64,000 nucleotides of DNA from assembly GCF_003918875.1 (NCBI RefSeq), contig NW_025766978.1:248001-312000 (forward strand), read 5' to 3'. Position 1 is the stretch's first letter. Every line of letters begins with the position of its first letter. The notes beneath the pieces were generated by a model, which saw nothing but the letters and a program-made list of their open reading frames with translations, was not told where the DNA came from and searched no databases. This DNA is from Haliotis rubra (lineage: Eukaryota). Shown piece after piece: positions 13,045 through 25,509 of this stretch. A program made the position numbers and the translations under genes.

Positions 13045-14195
13045 TTACGAGTAAAGTGAAGTTCAGTACGTGTAAAGTGAACTTCATTATGTATAAAGTG
13101 AACTTTATTACGTATAAAGTGAACTTCATTACGTGTAAAGTGAACTTCATTACGTGTAAAGCGAACTTCATTACGTATAAAGTGAACTTCATTACGTGGA
13201 AAGTGAACTTCATTGCGTGTAAAGTGAACTTCATTATGGATAAAGTGAACTTCATTATGTATAAAGTGAACTTCATTACCTATAAAGTGAACTTCATTAC
13301 GTGTAAAGTGAACTTCATTGCCTGTAAAGCGAACTTCATTACGTATAAAGTGAACTTCATTACGTGGAAAGTGAACTTCATTAGGTGTAAAATGAACTTC
13401 ATTGTGTGTAAAGTGAACTTCATTACGTATAAAGTGAACTTCATTACGTGTAAAGTGAACTTCATTAGGTGTAAAATGAACTTCATTGTGTGTAAAGTGA
13501 ACTTCATTACGTATAAGTGAACTTCATTACGTGTAAACTTCATTACGTGCAAAGTGAACTTCATTATGTATAAAGTGAACTTTATTACGTATAAAGCGAA
13601 CTTCATTACGTATAAAGTGAACTTCATTACATGTAAAGTGAACTTCATTACGTGTAAAGTGAACTTCATTACGTGTAAAGTGAACTTCATTACGTATAAA
13701 GTGAACTTCATTACGTGTAAAGTGAACTTCATTACGTGTAAATTGAACTTCATTACGTGTAAAGTGAACTTCATTACGTGTAAAGTGAACTTCATTGACT
13801 TCATTACGTGTAAACTTCATTGCGTGCATAGTGAACTAAAGTGAACTTCATTACATGTAAAGTGAGCTTCATTGACTTCATTACGTGTAAAGTGAACTTC
13901 ATTACGTATAAAGTGAACTTCATTACGTATGAAGTGAACTTCATTCCGTGTAAACTTTATTGCGTGCAAAGTGAACTAAAGTGAACTTCATTACGTGTAA
14001 AGTGAACGTCATTACGTGTAAAGTGAACTCCATTACATGTAAACTTCATTACGTGCAAAGTGAACCAAAGTGAACTTCATTACGTGTAAAGTGAACGTCA
14101 TTACGTGTAAAGTGAACTCCATTACATGTAAACTTCATTACGTGCAAAGTGAACCAAAGTGAACTTCATTACGTGTAAAGTGAACGTCATTACGT
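13045..14195. repeat. Minisatellite, 21-bp unit
   Basis: aaagtgaacttcattacgtgt tandem; source of the KVNFITC / MKFTLHV ORFs. Confidence 0.95.
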
Positions 14196-14502
14196 GACTT
14201 TGACCAATAGGAATTCATATAGATGCATATAACCACACATATTTATTGTTATGACCGTTAACGAGTCATGAATTTAGTTTTACGGGTTAAATTCTACCTT
14301 CACACATAACTTACACACGGAAATCGGAAGTGACCGGAAGCGAACGAGTTTTCCGTATCGACGGGGCTGACAGGTGCTGACAAGGCGTAAAGCACATTTG
14401 AGTATAACTTTCATAATTGCAGTATGTGCAGTATAGTTTTCTGAACTGAAGGCACTACATCTTGATAACTATCCCCTTGCCAGTTGTCCGATATGCATTG
14501 AT

Positions 14503-14579
14503 GATAACGTTAGACCTCTTCGTTCTCGAGGTACCCTAGCCAGTTTACAGATCAACGTGATCGACACATTTCCACGGCT
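14503..14579 (+). pseudogene. Old Tc1 transposase relic, left half (interrupted by the LINE)
   Basis: DNVRPLRSRGTLASLQINVIDTFP continues in frame after the LINE as WLRRSPDRNHIAH, giving D-34-(E>A) spacing. Confidence 0.7.
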
Positions 14580-14638
14580 GGCACCCGTGAAGGGCCACCT
14601 CCTCGTGGTGGGTGCTGGGTCACGCTAAGAGCCCTTCA
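14580..14638 (+). ncRNA. HDV-like self-cleaving ribozyme at the LINE 5' end
   Basis: P1 GGCACCC(14580-86)/GGGTGCT(14610-16) with G1-U wobble; P2 TGAAGGGC(14588-95)/GCCCTTCA(14631-38); P3 ACC/GGT with loop TCCTCGT; P1.1 CC/GG; J4/2 GCTAA with the catalytic C at 14625. Confidence 0.85.
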
Positions 14639-15215
14639 ACCCCCGTTGTGGGCCCGGGGGATATTAGGTCCACCAACCCGTTTGCCGTGGGTTGCGCCCT
14701 GTGTCGGTGGAGGACGGGATTCTGGTGGTTGAGGGCAAGGGCTCCAGGAACAGCGTTCCTTTGCCCAATACACCACTTCGACCCTTACTTCACCTAGACG
14801 GGTGGTTGAACTGGCCCGGTTCAACCAATCGGCTGGTCACGTCATGCCCTGTGCATGGTAAATATATTATTTGCACATATACTTATTTTTGGGCTTTGGA
14901 TATTTTGATCCTCAATATACAAATTATTCTTATGTTGCATTGCCTAGAGTCCTATGCCAGAAGGCGGTGGCTCATGGGCCAATCTGGTGATGTTGACCGC
15001 TGAATTCTGTGTGTCTTTAGATTTTTGTTTTGGGCCGAACCAGCTTGACAACTGATCTATTTGACAAATATAGCTATTCATGTCATATTTGCTGGAGTAT
15101 GACACCCCTGTATCCCTGGTGTTAGCATCCTGGAGATCCGGTGCGAATCGACCCCGTCCTTGTTGACACTCCATGGTGGGTGGGGAACAGGGGTGTTGAA
15201 ACATTTCCTTTCATC

Positions 15216-16459
15216 ATGGCACTATTACATTCTGGTTCATCTCGTAGTGAGAAGAAAAAGGCGTTTTGAGGATTTTTAGATCCTTCAAATGGAAGCATTA
15301 CTCCAAACAATGATTCTTGGGCTCGATTTTTGTGTGATCGAGGCTGCTGATTTTTACCGATCAAGCTTAACCCATTCGCTGTTTCAAAGGCTATATCTGG
15401 GATTTGTGGTGAGGTTAACAACGTCACCCGGCTCCGTACTGGTTCACTTCTTGTGGACTGTGCACGGAAGCAGCAATCTCTAAATTTGTTATCGATCAAA
15501 ACATTTGCAAATGTTGAGGTTGCTGTGTCGGTGCACGGGACACTGAACTCTTAATCGAGGCATTGTTCGTGACGGGGCTCGTTGCCTGTCCGACATGTCT
15601 GAAGAGGAAATCAGTGCGGAGTTGAAGGAACAGGCGGTAACAGCAGTTAAACGCTTCACAATAAAGAAAGATGGTATTACCGTAAATACCAACACGTATC
15701 TCATGACATTTGCTCGTTCTACCCCTTCCAGCATCAATCAAAGCAGGTTATCTCAATATCGGGTGGAGGTGTATGTCCCGAATCCTCTCCGATGCTACAA
15801 ATGTCAACGATTCGGCCATGGTTCCAACTCATGTCGAAACTCTGTGGTTTGTTATCGTTGTGGTGACAACCACGAGGCACTGACTGCAAGAAAGACTTCA
15901 GATGCTGTAATTGCGATGGCACCCATGCCGCATCATCAAAATCTTGCCCTGTATGGCAACGAGAATCTAGCATCATGAAGGGTGAAATGCCATAATAACA
16001 TATCTTTACCTTGAGGGCAAAGAAGCTGTTTTACGACACAGTCAACAACTCCATCGATGATAACTTATTCTGCAGCAGTGTCTCGATCTATGACAACGTC
16101 ATCTGTATCTTGTCAAACCGACTTGACTTGGATCCGGACTGAACAACCTGTTGCTTCAGCCGCTCCACCAAAATCCCCAGTCACTCAGTCAACGTCTGCC
16201 TCTCAGACAGAGAGTCAGCCTGAGATACCCCTCACAGATGTCTATTAAAGCAGCCAGTTCCTATAAACTCAACAAAAGGAAAGCACAGAGGAAAAAACAG
16301 AATAGAAAAGAATCAATCACGATCCCTTCATCTCCAGAGGTTACTTTACAGAACTCCTTTGAATCTCTTGACATGGAGGTTACTCTGTCCTCCCAGGACA
16401 GGCGGAAGAATAGTTCTTCCTCACATTCACGTGAAAGATCGCCCGTTGAACCACCATGA
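15216..16459 (+). pseudogene. LINE ORF1 (gag-like nucleic-acid-binding protein), frameshifted
   Basis: KLNPFAVSKAISGICGEVNNVTRLRTGSLLVDC; YVPNPLRCYKCQRFGHGSNSC; CYRCGDNH zinc knuckles; stop overlaps the ORF2 start (ATGA, 16456-16459). Confidence 0.85.
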
Positions 16460-19400
16460 CACAGTTGTCACATATCCTGCAGTGGAATTGTAGAGGACTG
16501 AAAATAATTTCAGTGAAATGCAATTGCTGATACAGGACTTTCAGCCAGCAGCGTTATGTCTCCAAGAGACATATTTAAAACTACTGATGCCTTTACTTTG
16601 AGACAGACAGTACAGCGATTTTCATTCTTTTCTCCTCCGGGAGATCGAGGCAACTGGAGGCGCTTCTATTTTGGTTCACCAGAGCGTCATACACAGCCCT
16701 GTCACTCTAAATGCGAATCTTCAGAGCTGTTGCTGTGCGTCTCACTTTGCACATTGCTCTGACATTGTGCAGCTTGTATATCCCTCCTTCTTCAAATATT
16801 CAACAATCCGATCTTCAAAATCTGTTTGATCAACTTCCGAAGCCATGTCTCATCATGGGCGATCTGAACGGTCACAACCCGCTTTGGGGAAGTGACCATA
16901 TTAATACTAAAGGTAAAATCCTTGAGGAATTTATTTCCGATAATCACCTGTGTATATATAACGATGGTTCTCCCACTTATCTACATCCAGGTACGGGAAC
17001 ATATTCTTCCCTGGATCTGTCAATTGCCGACTCCAGCTTGTATAATGAATTTGAATGGTTGGTCCATGACGACCTATGTGGGAGTGATCACTTCCCCACC
17101 ATTCTCAAAACAGTCAACCCTGGTGATGATCCACCTTTATCGAGAAGGAACTTTGCCAGGGCTGACTGAATCATTATTGAGACTCTGTGTGCTGAACAAT
17201 TAACTCATGATCGGTTTAGCAACAGTGAAGATCCTATTCAGTTGTTTTCTGATATCCTTAATGGCATTGCTGACAGAACAATTACTCAGTCCTCTGCGGT
17301 TCCACATATTCGTAAACCATGGTTCAATAACGAATGTAAACAGGCCAGAAAGTGTAGGAAGAAAGCAGAAAATATTTTCGCCGACATCCTACTGTCCATA
17401 ATTTAGATAAATTTAAAATGTTAAATGCCAAGGCGCGACGCAGTTTTAAACAGAATAAGCGTCAGTCTTGGCGAAACTATGTTTCAAAATAAATTCTCGA
17501 ACACCGATGTCAAAGGTGTGGAACATGATCAAAGAATAAAGGGCAAAGGTTCCAAATCTACCGTTCATCATTTAAAGGACGGTGATAATTTGTTAACTGA
17601 TAAGGCTGACATTGCAAATAAGCTTGGTGAAACTCTCGCCAAACATTCGTCTTCGTCCAATTATGTCCCTGAGTTTCAAAAACATCAGAAACAACAGGAG
17701 AAGAAAGAATAAATTTTACATCAGACAATGGAGAAGACTACAATGAATTATTTTCAATGCATGAGTTACGTACTGCCCTTGAGCAAGCTCATGATACAGC
17801 AACAGGAGCTGATAATATACACTATCAGCTCTTGAAACATTTACCTGATTCATGTTTGGAAACACTTTTAAATATTTTTGATACAATATGGAGTTCAGGA
17901 AATTTTCCAACTTCGTGGCGTAAAGCCATAGTAGTACCTATACCAAAGCCTGGCCGGGATCATACAGATCCGTCTAATTACAGACCAATCTCTTTAACGA
18001 GCTGCGTCTGTAAAACCATGGAACGAATAGTAAATAATAGATTAACATGGTATCTTGAAACCAATCAGCTCATAACAAATATTCAATGTGGTTTCAGGAA
18101 AAATCGTAGTACCATTGATCATTTGGTACGTTTAGAATCCTTTGTAAAAATGCTATAATAAATAAACAACATGCAGTATCGATATTCTTTGATCTTGAGA
18201 AAGCATACGATACCACCTGGAAGCATGGCATTTTGAAGGATTTACATGATTTTGGTTTAAGGGGTCGTTTACCTCTTTTTATTCACAGTTTTTTTAACCG
18301 ACAGGCAATTTCAAGTCCGAGTGGGTTCAACCCTGTCTGACCATTACAATCAGGATCAGGGTGTCCCACAAGGCAGTATTTTGTCTGTCACTTTATTCAA
18401 CATTAAGATCAACAGTTTATCCAAGGTTTTAAACGATTCCATTGATGGATCACTTTTTGTGGATGATTTTAACATTTCTTGTCGCGGTAAGAATATGCAT
18501 ACTATTGAACGCCAACTGCAGTTGTGTTTAAATAAAATAAATAAATGGTGTCTTGAAAACGGCTTTAAATTTTCTAAATCAAAAACTAATTGTCTACACT
18601 TCTGTAGAAAATATAAGCCTCATAAAGACCCAGAACTGTTTTTAAATGGCACTCCCATCAAGGTTGTCAAAGAGGCCAAATTTTTGGGTCTGATTTTCGA
18701 CTCCCATTTAACCTTTCTTCCGCATATTAAATCCTAAAACTAAATGCCTGAAGGCACTCGATTTATTGAAAGTCGTGTCTAATTCAAGGTGGGAAGGGGA
18801 TCAAACTACGCTCCTACACCTTTACAGATCACTTGTCCGCTCGAAGCTTGATTATGGCTCCATCGTATATGGTGGAGCCTGCACAAGCAACTTAAAACTC
18901 TTAGATTCAGTCCACCATCAAGGTCTGAGACTTTGTCTTGGGTCTTTTAGAACTTCTCCTATTGATAGTCTCTATGTTGAGGCTGATGAGCCATCCCTTA
19001 CCCAACGTCGTATCAAACTCTCTTTACAGTATATAACAAAACTCTATTCTAACGAGTCTAATCCTGCATTTAACTGTGTTTTCAATCCTTCTTATGAGGA
19101 GTTGTACAACAAAAAGCCTTCTCTTGTTCCGCCTCTTGGTTTAAGAATTAAACCATTTCTTTCTGCTGCCGGCATTGAGCTGGAAAATATAGCTCCTTCC
19201 GTCTTCTTTCTTCTCCGCCTTGGCAATTGGTTTAGGCCACAAGTTGACCTAACATTAACTACATTTAAAAATCAGAAACAAATGAATTACAGTATAAACA
19301 AGAATTTAGTCAATTAAGAAATAAATATAATACATACAAATCCTTATTTACAGATGGGTCCAAGGATGGTGGCGCAGTGGCATGTGCCACTGTCATTGAA

Positions 19401-20142
19401 TCAGAACAATATCTTCTAGAATACCCGATAACAGCTCTATATTTACAGCAGAAACCAAACGCCATATTAACGGCTCTTAAATATATTCAAAGACATCCTA
19501 AACATAAACAGTACATAATCTTTTCCGATTCCTTTCATGTCTTCAGGCTATTAAAAATATTTCTTGTAAACATCCACTTTTATTAGACATTATTGAATTG
19601 TATAATGAGCTTGCTACTGGCCCAGTGCGACATCGTCTTTTGTTGGTTACCCAGCCACGTTGGCATTTCTGGGAATACCATGGCTGATCTTGCTGCCAAG
19701 GCAGCACTCAACAAATCTGTGACACCACTTCTTATTCCATACTCTGATTATAAAGCTGGCATTAGAACTTACATCCGTGATCTGATGCAGAAGAAGTGGG
19801 ACGCCCAAGTAGGTATTAATAAGTTACATGCAATAAAACCCTATATTGGTTACACCTACTTGGGTTGTCAGTCCAGATTTGAAGAGGTCATTATGCGAAG
19901 ATGTCGCATTGGCCATACCAGATATACTCATGAATATTTATTGAAAGGCGAAGATCCTCCGTTTTGTATCCCTTGTGATGAAAGGATCACAGTCAAGCAT
20001 GTCCTGATTGACTGCATTAGAATATTCCGTCACAAGGGATAAGTATTTTAATGTCAAAACATTGAAGGATCTTTTTAATAATGTTCGTTCTCATTTAGTT
20101 ATTGCCTTTTTAAAAGAATTAGATTTATTAACAGATTTGTAA
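16456..20142 (+). pseudogene. LINE ORF2 (AP endonuclease, reverse transcriptase, RNase H), frameshifted
   Basis: ILQWNCRGL; GDLNGHNPLWGS; SDHFP; NYRPISLTSC; QGVPQGSILS; FVDDF; FTDGSK; CWLPSHVGISGNTMAD; CIPC...TVKHVLIDC; split over many ORF-track pieces by single-base indels. Confidence 0.93.
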
Positions 20143-20694
20143 ATAGCTAAATATTTTATGATTGGAAGTTCAATTAGTAACACAGATTGTTAGTGGCTGT
20201 ATCCTCGAGGGGGGTTAAAGTACTGTAAAATTATTGTCCTCCCGAGAGGGTACATAAGTCCCAAAACATTCAAAGTACATTTCAACTTTCCATTTTTTAA
20301 TCGTAGAATATGTGTAATTTTAACGTATGGCTAGATTTATCTCAATTGCTAACAGCTGAAGGGATGATGTGAATCCAGCTAGGGCCCATGCAGGAAGCAA
20401 ATGTACTGTAAGTCCCCATGGTCTCTAGTATGGTGATCTAACTTCAGTTGTTAGCGATCTATAGCCCATTTTTATATTGTGTTGTCCCCTCTAGTTAAAA
20501 TGTTTTAGATTCAATTACTAGTTTTACATGTATATCTGTGATAATCTAGTTGTTTTACTGTCCTTCGTCGGCAGAATTTTATCATTTCACTTAAATTGTT
20601 GATAGATTTATAACTTGCTTTAGTCACGATATGGCTGAAATATTGCCGATGTGACTTAAAATCTTAACTCACTCACTCACTCATTTCCATGGCT

Positions 20695-20820
20695 CAGAAG
20701 GAGCCCCGATAGGAATCACATCGCACATCGTCGACGCCACGTTAGAGCTAAAGATCAGCCAGTTCAAAATCTGCAGGAATTGACGCAGGATCTGCACATG
20801 GAATGGCAGAGGATTGGCAG
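20695..20820 (+). pseudogene. Old Tc1 transposase relic, right half
   Basis: RRSPDRNHIAH...PVQNLQELTQDLHMEWQRI resembles SPDLNPIEH...PQNLQELxxALxxEWxxI. Confidence 0.65.
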
Positions 20821-20953
20821 AGGATTCAGAAGCTGAGAATTCGACGCTTGTTCGCCAGTATGAGGAGGAGTCTGGTGAGGCATGGCTACATCAGTTACTG
20901 ATGTGGTACCAGTGGTGGTTTATACAATCACAGCAATCATTATTTGAGAACTA

Positions 20954-22467
20954 TACTGAGCAGCAAAAAAACCCGTCAGTACGAATTCAAAATTAGATAG
21001 GCACTGTAATCAAATCATTACAGAAAATGACATAATAAGCGGATCAAAAACATTTCTTGTGTACAATATCTTGACACATCAATATATAACTCAGCAGCAT
21101 TTCAAGGCATTCCGTGAACGTTTGCACTCCATTCAGACTCTTGACTTCAATATCTAGTGTGACCACCACGAGCGGCAATAACTGCAGCACAGCGTCTATG
21201 GATGGAGTGCACCGATTGATGAAGGCCACTGGCACCTGGAACCACACTCTGAGAAAGGCCTGGCGCAAAATATTGGCTGTGTTCGGCTTTGGTATGACAT
21301 TATTCAGTCTCCTCTGAATTTCATCCCAGAGATGTTCAATTGGGTTTAAATCAGGACTAAGGGCTGGCCACTGCATAATGTTGAAGCAGATAACCATTGT
21401 AGCTCTGGCAGTATGGGCCCGGGCGTTATCATGCTTGAAAATGTTGTTCCGGTGACGTGCGACATGTGGTATGACGTGGGGTCTGAGAGCTTGATCGATG
21501 TAGCGCTCCGCTGTGATGCCGCCTCCTCTCCCTGGACCAAGGTTCTGGAACACCACAGGACCCACTCTCTGGTTCAGGCCTATTCCACCCCATACCATGA
21601 TGCTTGCACCTTCCCGTGAGTCTCTTTCCATAACACATTGGTCTGAGTAACGCTGGCCACGTCGTCGCCATATTCGTGTTCTGCCATCTGCAGTTGATAC
21701 GCGGTACTGACTCTCATCTGTGAACAGAACAGTTCCCCATTGCCTGTATCGCCAGTTTCGGTGTTGTAGGGCAAACTGTAGACGTTCACGCCGATGACGA
21801 TGGATAAGGACAGGTCCACGGTAAGGTCTACGGCAATGGAGGTTCCCGCTGTTAAGACGTCGGCGTACTGTATCAGTACTGATTGGTCTTCAGTGTGTTC
21901 CCACTGTCTGGCGTGCTGTTTCGGATGCCTACATGAAGGGATTCTGCACATGCTGTCGCACAACATGGCGGTCTTGTGGTCACCCTTGGTCTGCCAGTAC
22001 GGGGGCGATCATTTGTGGTGTTGGTGGCCTGGAAACGTTCCTGCAGCCTGTAGATGGTCCGAACGTTGACCTGGAAGTGATTGGCAACGGCTTGTGCAGT
22101 GTGGCCAGCTACAAGTCTTCCTAGCGCCTTGCTCCTCTGAGATGTCGTGAGTCGCGGCATCGTGCTGACGTTGTAATGTGAATGTCAACCAGGTTTCGGG
22201 GTGCAATTTATAGGGCTGGTCCTTGTGAACAGCACGTGCAGCATGAGTTGCATGAAAAACATAGAGAACACCGTACCATCTCCGAGATCAGGTTGCGTTT
22301 TTGAGACCATTTCCTGGGTTCCATTCCGAGTTTGGGAAGTCATGTCTTTGCTGAGGTAAAGTTGGAGATTTTGTCAAAAATATACAATCAAAAGCATTAA
22401 ATGAGTTTACAGTTATCCGTTTCTGCGACGGAAAATTCCAAACTGACGTTTCCTTTGCTGCTTAGTA
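20954..22467 (-). mobile_element. Near full-length Tc1-like DNA transposon with a degenerate transposase
   Basis: TIRs tactgagcagcaaaaaaacccgtcagt / actgacgtttcctttgctgcttagta with TA flanks; MPRLTTSQRSKALG...RPRTGRPRVTT; VLFTDES; MVWGGI; HDNARAH; WPALSPDLNPIEHLW, in shifted frames from 22160 to ~21150. Confidence 0.93.
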
Positions 22468-22601
22468 TATAATGGCGTAGTCATGGTGGCCCTACTTTCC
22501 GGCATTCTTGATATTCATATGTTATATTTGGGATTGCACTTTCTGAGTAAAGTGCGGATTCTAGTACCTTTGTCTTTGGTTGAGTCCCATCAGGGATTCG
22601 A

Positions 22602-22845
22602 GTGAGTGAGTTTAGTTTTACGCCGCACTCAGCAATGTTCCAGCCATATGGCGGCGGCCTGTAAATAATCGGGTCTGGACCAGACAATCCAGTGATCAAC
22701 AGCACGAGCATCGATCTGCGCAATTGGGAACCGATGACATGTGTCAACCAAGTCAGCGAGCCTGACCACCCGATCCCGTTAGTCGCCTCTTACGACAAGC
22801 ATGGGCCACTGAAGATCAATATTCTAACCCGGACCTTCACGGGCA
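22602..22845 (-). mobile_element. SINE without a tRNA head, LINE-related tail
   Basis: 14-bp TSD catcagggattcga at 22588-22601 and 22846-22859; mollusc-type core catgcttgtcgtaagaggcgactaacgggatcgggtggtcagg; tail atatggctggaacattgctgagtgcggcgtaaaactaa(actc)n. Confidence 0.9.
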
Positions 22846-23110
22846 CATCAGGGATTCGAACCCACACCCACTTTCTAAAGTGTCATTGTGTATTTATTCA
22901 ATGTTTTTGCATATTCTTCTCAGATTGCTGGGAGTAAATTGCTATCACATTTCAATTTTGTTGTTGTTGTTTTTGTTGTTGTTGTTTTTCACTCAGAGCA
23001 AACTATGTTACAGTTACGATTTCAATACGTGGAATGTTTCGAAGAATGTACATCAACGTGTAGTGGTTTCGTACGTATCATATACAAAATGGGTGGTGCT
23101 TGATTCTTGA

Positions 23111-24450
23111 GGGCACATCGGCAATGCGACTAAAGTACTGTCAGAAATGCCAGAAAAATGCTTTTTAGCCTTAATATCTTTATAAAGGTGATAAATGTAC
23201 TATGTTGTCAATATATCAACTCGCCTATTGTCTACCTAATTTTTATTTCAATCGATTAAACATTCCCATGCATTTAAAGGGCAGTTTACAGGAGAGAATT
23301 TGGTACCAAAACAGCAGCTTAAGATTCAACAACAGAAATCTGAAATAGTCTTTACATTTATGCTAATAATACAGGTGGTGTAAAAATATGAATTAACGTT
23401 TTTCCTAAACAAATAAATGTTGAATGTTTGTGTTACTTTACTTAATTATCGTTTTCTTTATTGAAGAAATATTAATATAAATGTTAAGTCTTGATAAATA
23501 AGTTTCCCGTCATGCATGCACATCTTTATCACAGTGTGCACTATGGCCAACGATTTGCAGTCGATTGTTGCAAAGGTTTATAGTTTTTTTCTGCTTAAAA
23601 AAGACAGAGGTAAACCTTTCATTAGTTTAGAAAGGGTTTATTACAGAACTTGTAGAGCTGTTGGCATGTCTTACCAACAAGTTTACAATATTGTAAACAA
23701 ATCAGACAAGACAGGGACCGTCTCAAATGCAAAACCGGGACGTAAAACCATCCTTGACAACTTTGACAAGGGAGTGCTTAAACGGGCGGTCTACAAACTT
23801 TATGAGAAGAAAAATATATATATTCTAAAGAAGCTACACCAGTGACTTCGTTAAATCTTTGGCCAATGTTCACAACTAGATTAAACTGACCCAATTACAT
23901 CCATATTTTTTCAATGAAATATACTGTTGACATACAAAACATTTATTAAAACGTTGCACATTTCTACAATCAATCGATAAGATAACTCAAGTGATAGGAT
24001 TCTTTCCAATGTACAGTAATTCGTATGTTTATTTCAAAACAAACACACATACACAAATGATCCCTTACATAACTGATACGTATACTATACGTACACATAT
24101 TCAACATTTTGCAGAAAACATCTATTGAGATGACCCCTCGCCCGAGCGTGTGCTCAGGTGTCAATTTCACCTGTCGATACCGTGCATGCTGATGACGTAA
24201 CACAGGCAGTTAATGTTTGTTTCAAATAACTTCCAACTACCCCATATTTTTCTAAGTTTTTGGTATTTTCATCAGTAAAAACACATTTTAGAGCATGTCT
24301 CAAAATTTATTCCCTCGGTCTAAATTAGGTAGATGTTTTTTGAAGTGATATTTGTTATTTAAGTAACTGTAATACCTCTGGATTTTAAATATAAGTCAAA
24401 AAGCATTTTTCTAGCATTTCCGACAGCACTTTAGCAACAAATGACGGCCC
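23111..24450 (+). mobile_element. Internally deleted IS630-Tc1-mariner element (Sailor/DD82E-like N-terminus)
   Basis: Degenerate inverted ends ctaaagtactgtcagaaatgccagaaaaatgcttt / aaagcatttttctagcatttccgacagcactttag; ORF 23516-23845 with HTH-like RTCRAVGMSYQQVYNIV and PGRKTILDNFDKGVLKRAVYKLY. Confidence 0.6.
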
Positions 24451-25509
24451 CATATAACGCTGGATGCTGATGATGACATCGAGGCTCCATGAGGAACCCG
24501 TGCATAATGAACACACAATGTTCGGCAAACCAGTGATACAGGCTCTGACAAAGTCTCCGAAGAACAACCTTCATGGTAAACCAGAATACTAGTATCCCAT
24601 TCCAAACGGAATTTCCTCAGCAGGAATAAGGGGTCAACAAGGTGTCATCATGCTCTATCCGTTGCCCTTAGTGTAATGACATGTTGTATTGTGTGCATCT
24701 TGGTATAGTATATTCCAGTTACAAGATGTGTCTTAAGTTTAAAAACGTTTGCAAATGTTTCAATGTGAAATACCGGGAAAGATCATTTGGTACCCGAGGA
24801 AATACCTTGTGGGGTACCTGCAGCTTTGTTGAAGGATTTGGATAACATCGTAAACGTCACTCCATTTCATTCCAGACGTGTTGCAGGTTATACTACACTA
24901 AATGAGAATCGCTTGCTCACTGAGCGAGAAGCGTATGTAAACAAATGAAGAGATAGAGACATGTGACAGCTGTGATTGGATGAAATAGTGTAAGATGTTT
25001 ATGTTTTTTAAAAGCATATCCAACCAGCAATTAAAACTGACCACAATTTTAAGTATTCAGTGCTGTGATTTTCATCACCATGACTTATGCTTATTGTGTG
25101 TACAGATATTTTCCAGTAGGTGACATTTGGTGCGGATCTGGGGTTGATGTGTTCCGCTTCCTGTGCTCGCAAAACAAGCCGGACAAGTTGGCCAGATGGT
25201 GTGTTTTATGGTAGTTTAAAGGCCATAGTGTACCCATGTGCACATGGAATGGCTGTTGATAGCCTGGATTATTTTAAAAAAAATATAAGGCTACTATAGA
25301 AGTCTATGGGAAAACATTTGGTGGTGTGTAACCTGCATGGGTGACAAATCAGGCAACCTACGGGCCAGGGTCACACATTCAGATTGTTCTGATTAAGATA
25401 CTGCTGAACAACGGGGCAAGTTTTACATTAATAATAAAGAAGTTGTATATCGATACAACTCTCCCCACAGTTGACCACACCAACTTCTAAATGCCACTCC
25501 AAGAAGTGA

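Larger units (their letters stand above)
14580..20681 (+). mobile_element. Full-length I-group (Nimb-like) non-LTR retrotransposon, 6.1 kb
   Basis: 13-bp TSD catttcca(c/t)ggct at 14567-14579 and 20682-20694; ORF1 with zinc knuckles; ORF2 with APE-RT-RNase H-CCHC; (actc)n tail. Confidence 0.95.

Noticed and set aside
13028-13844. KVNFITC / MKFTLHV repeat ORFs
   Set aside because: Translation of the 21-bp satellite
22846-22870. tRNA-like B-boxes here and at ~25605, ~29490 and ~52675
   Set aside because: No complete cloverleaf; these are SINE heads or relics, not tRNA genes
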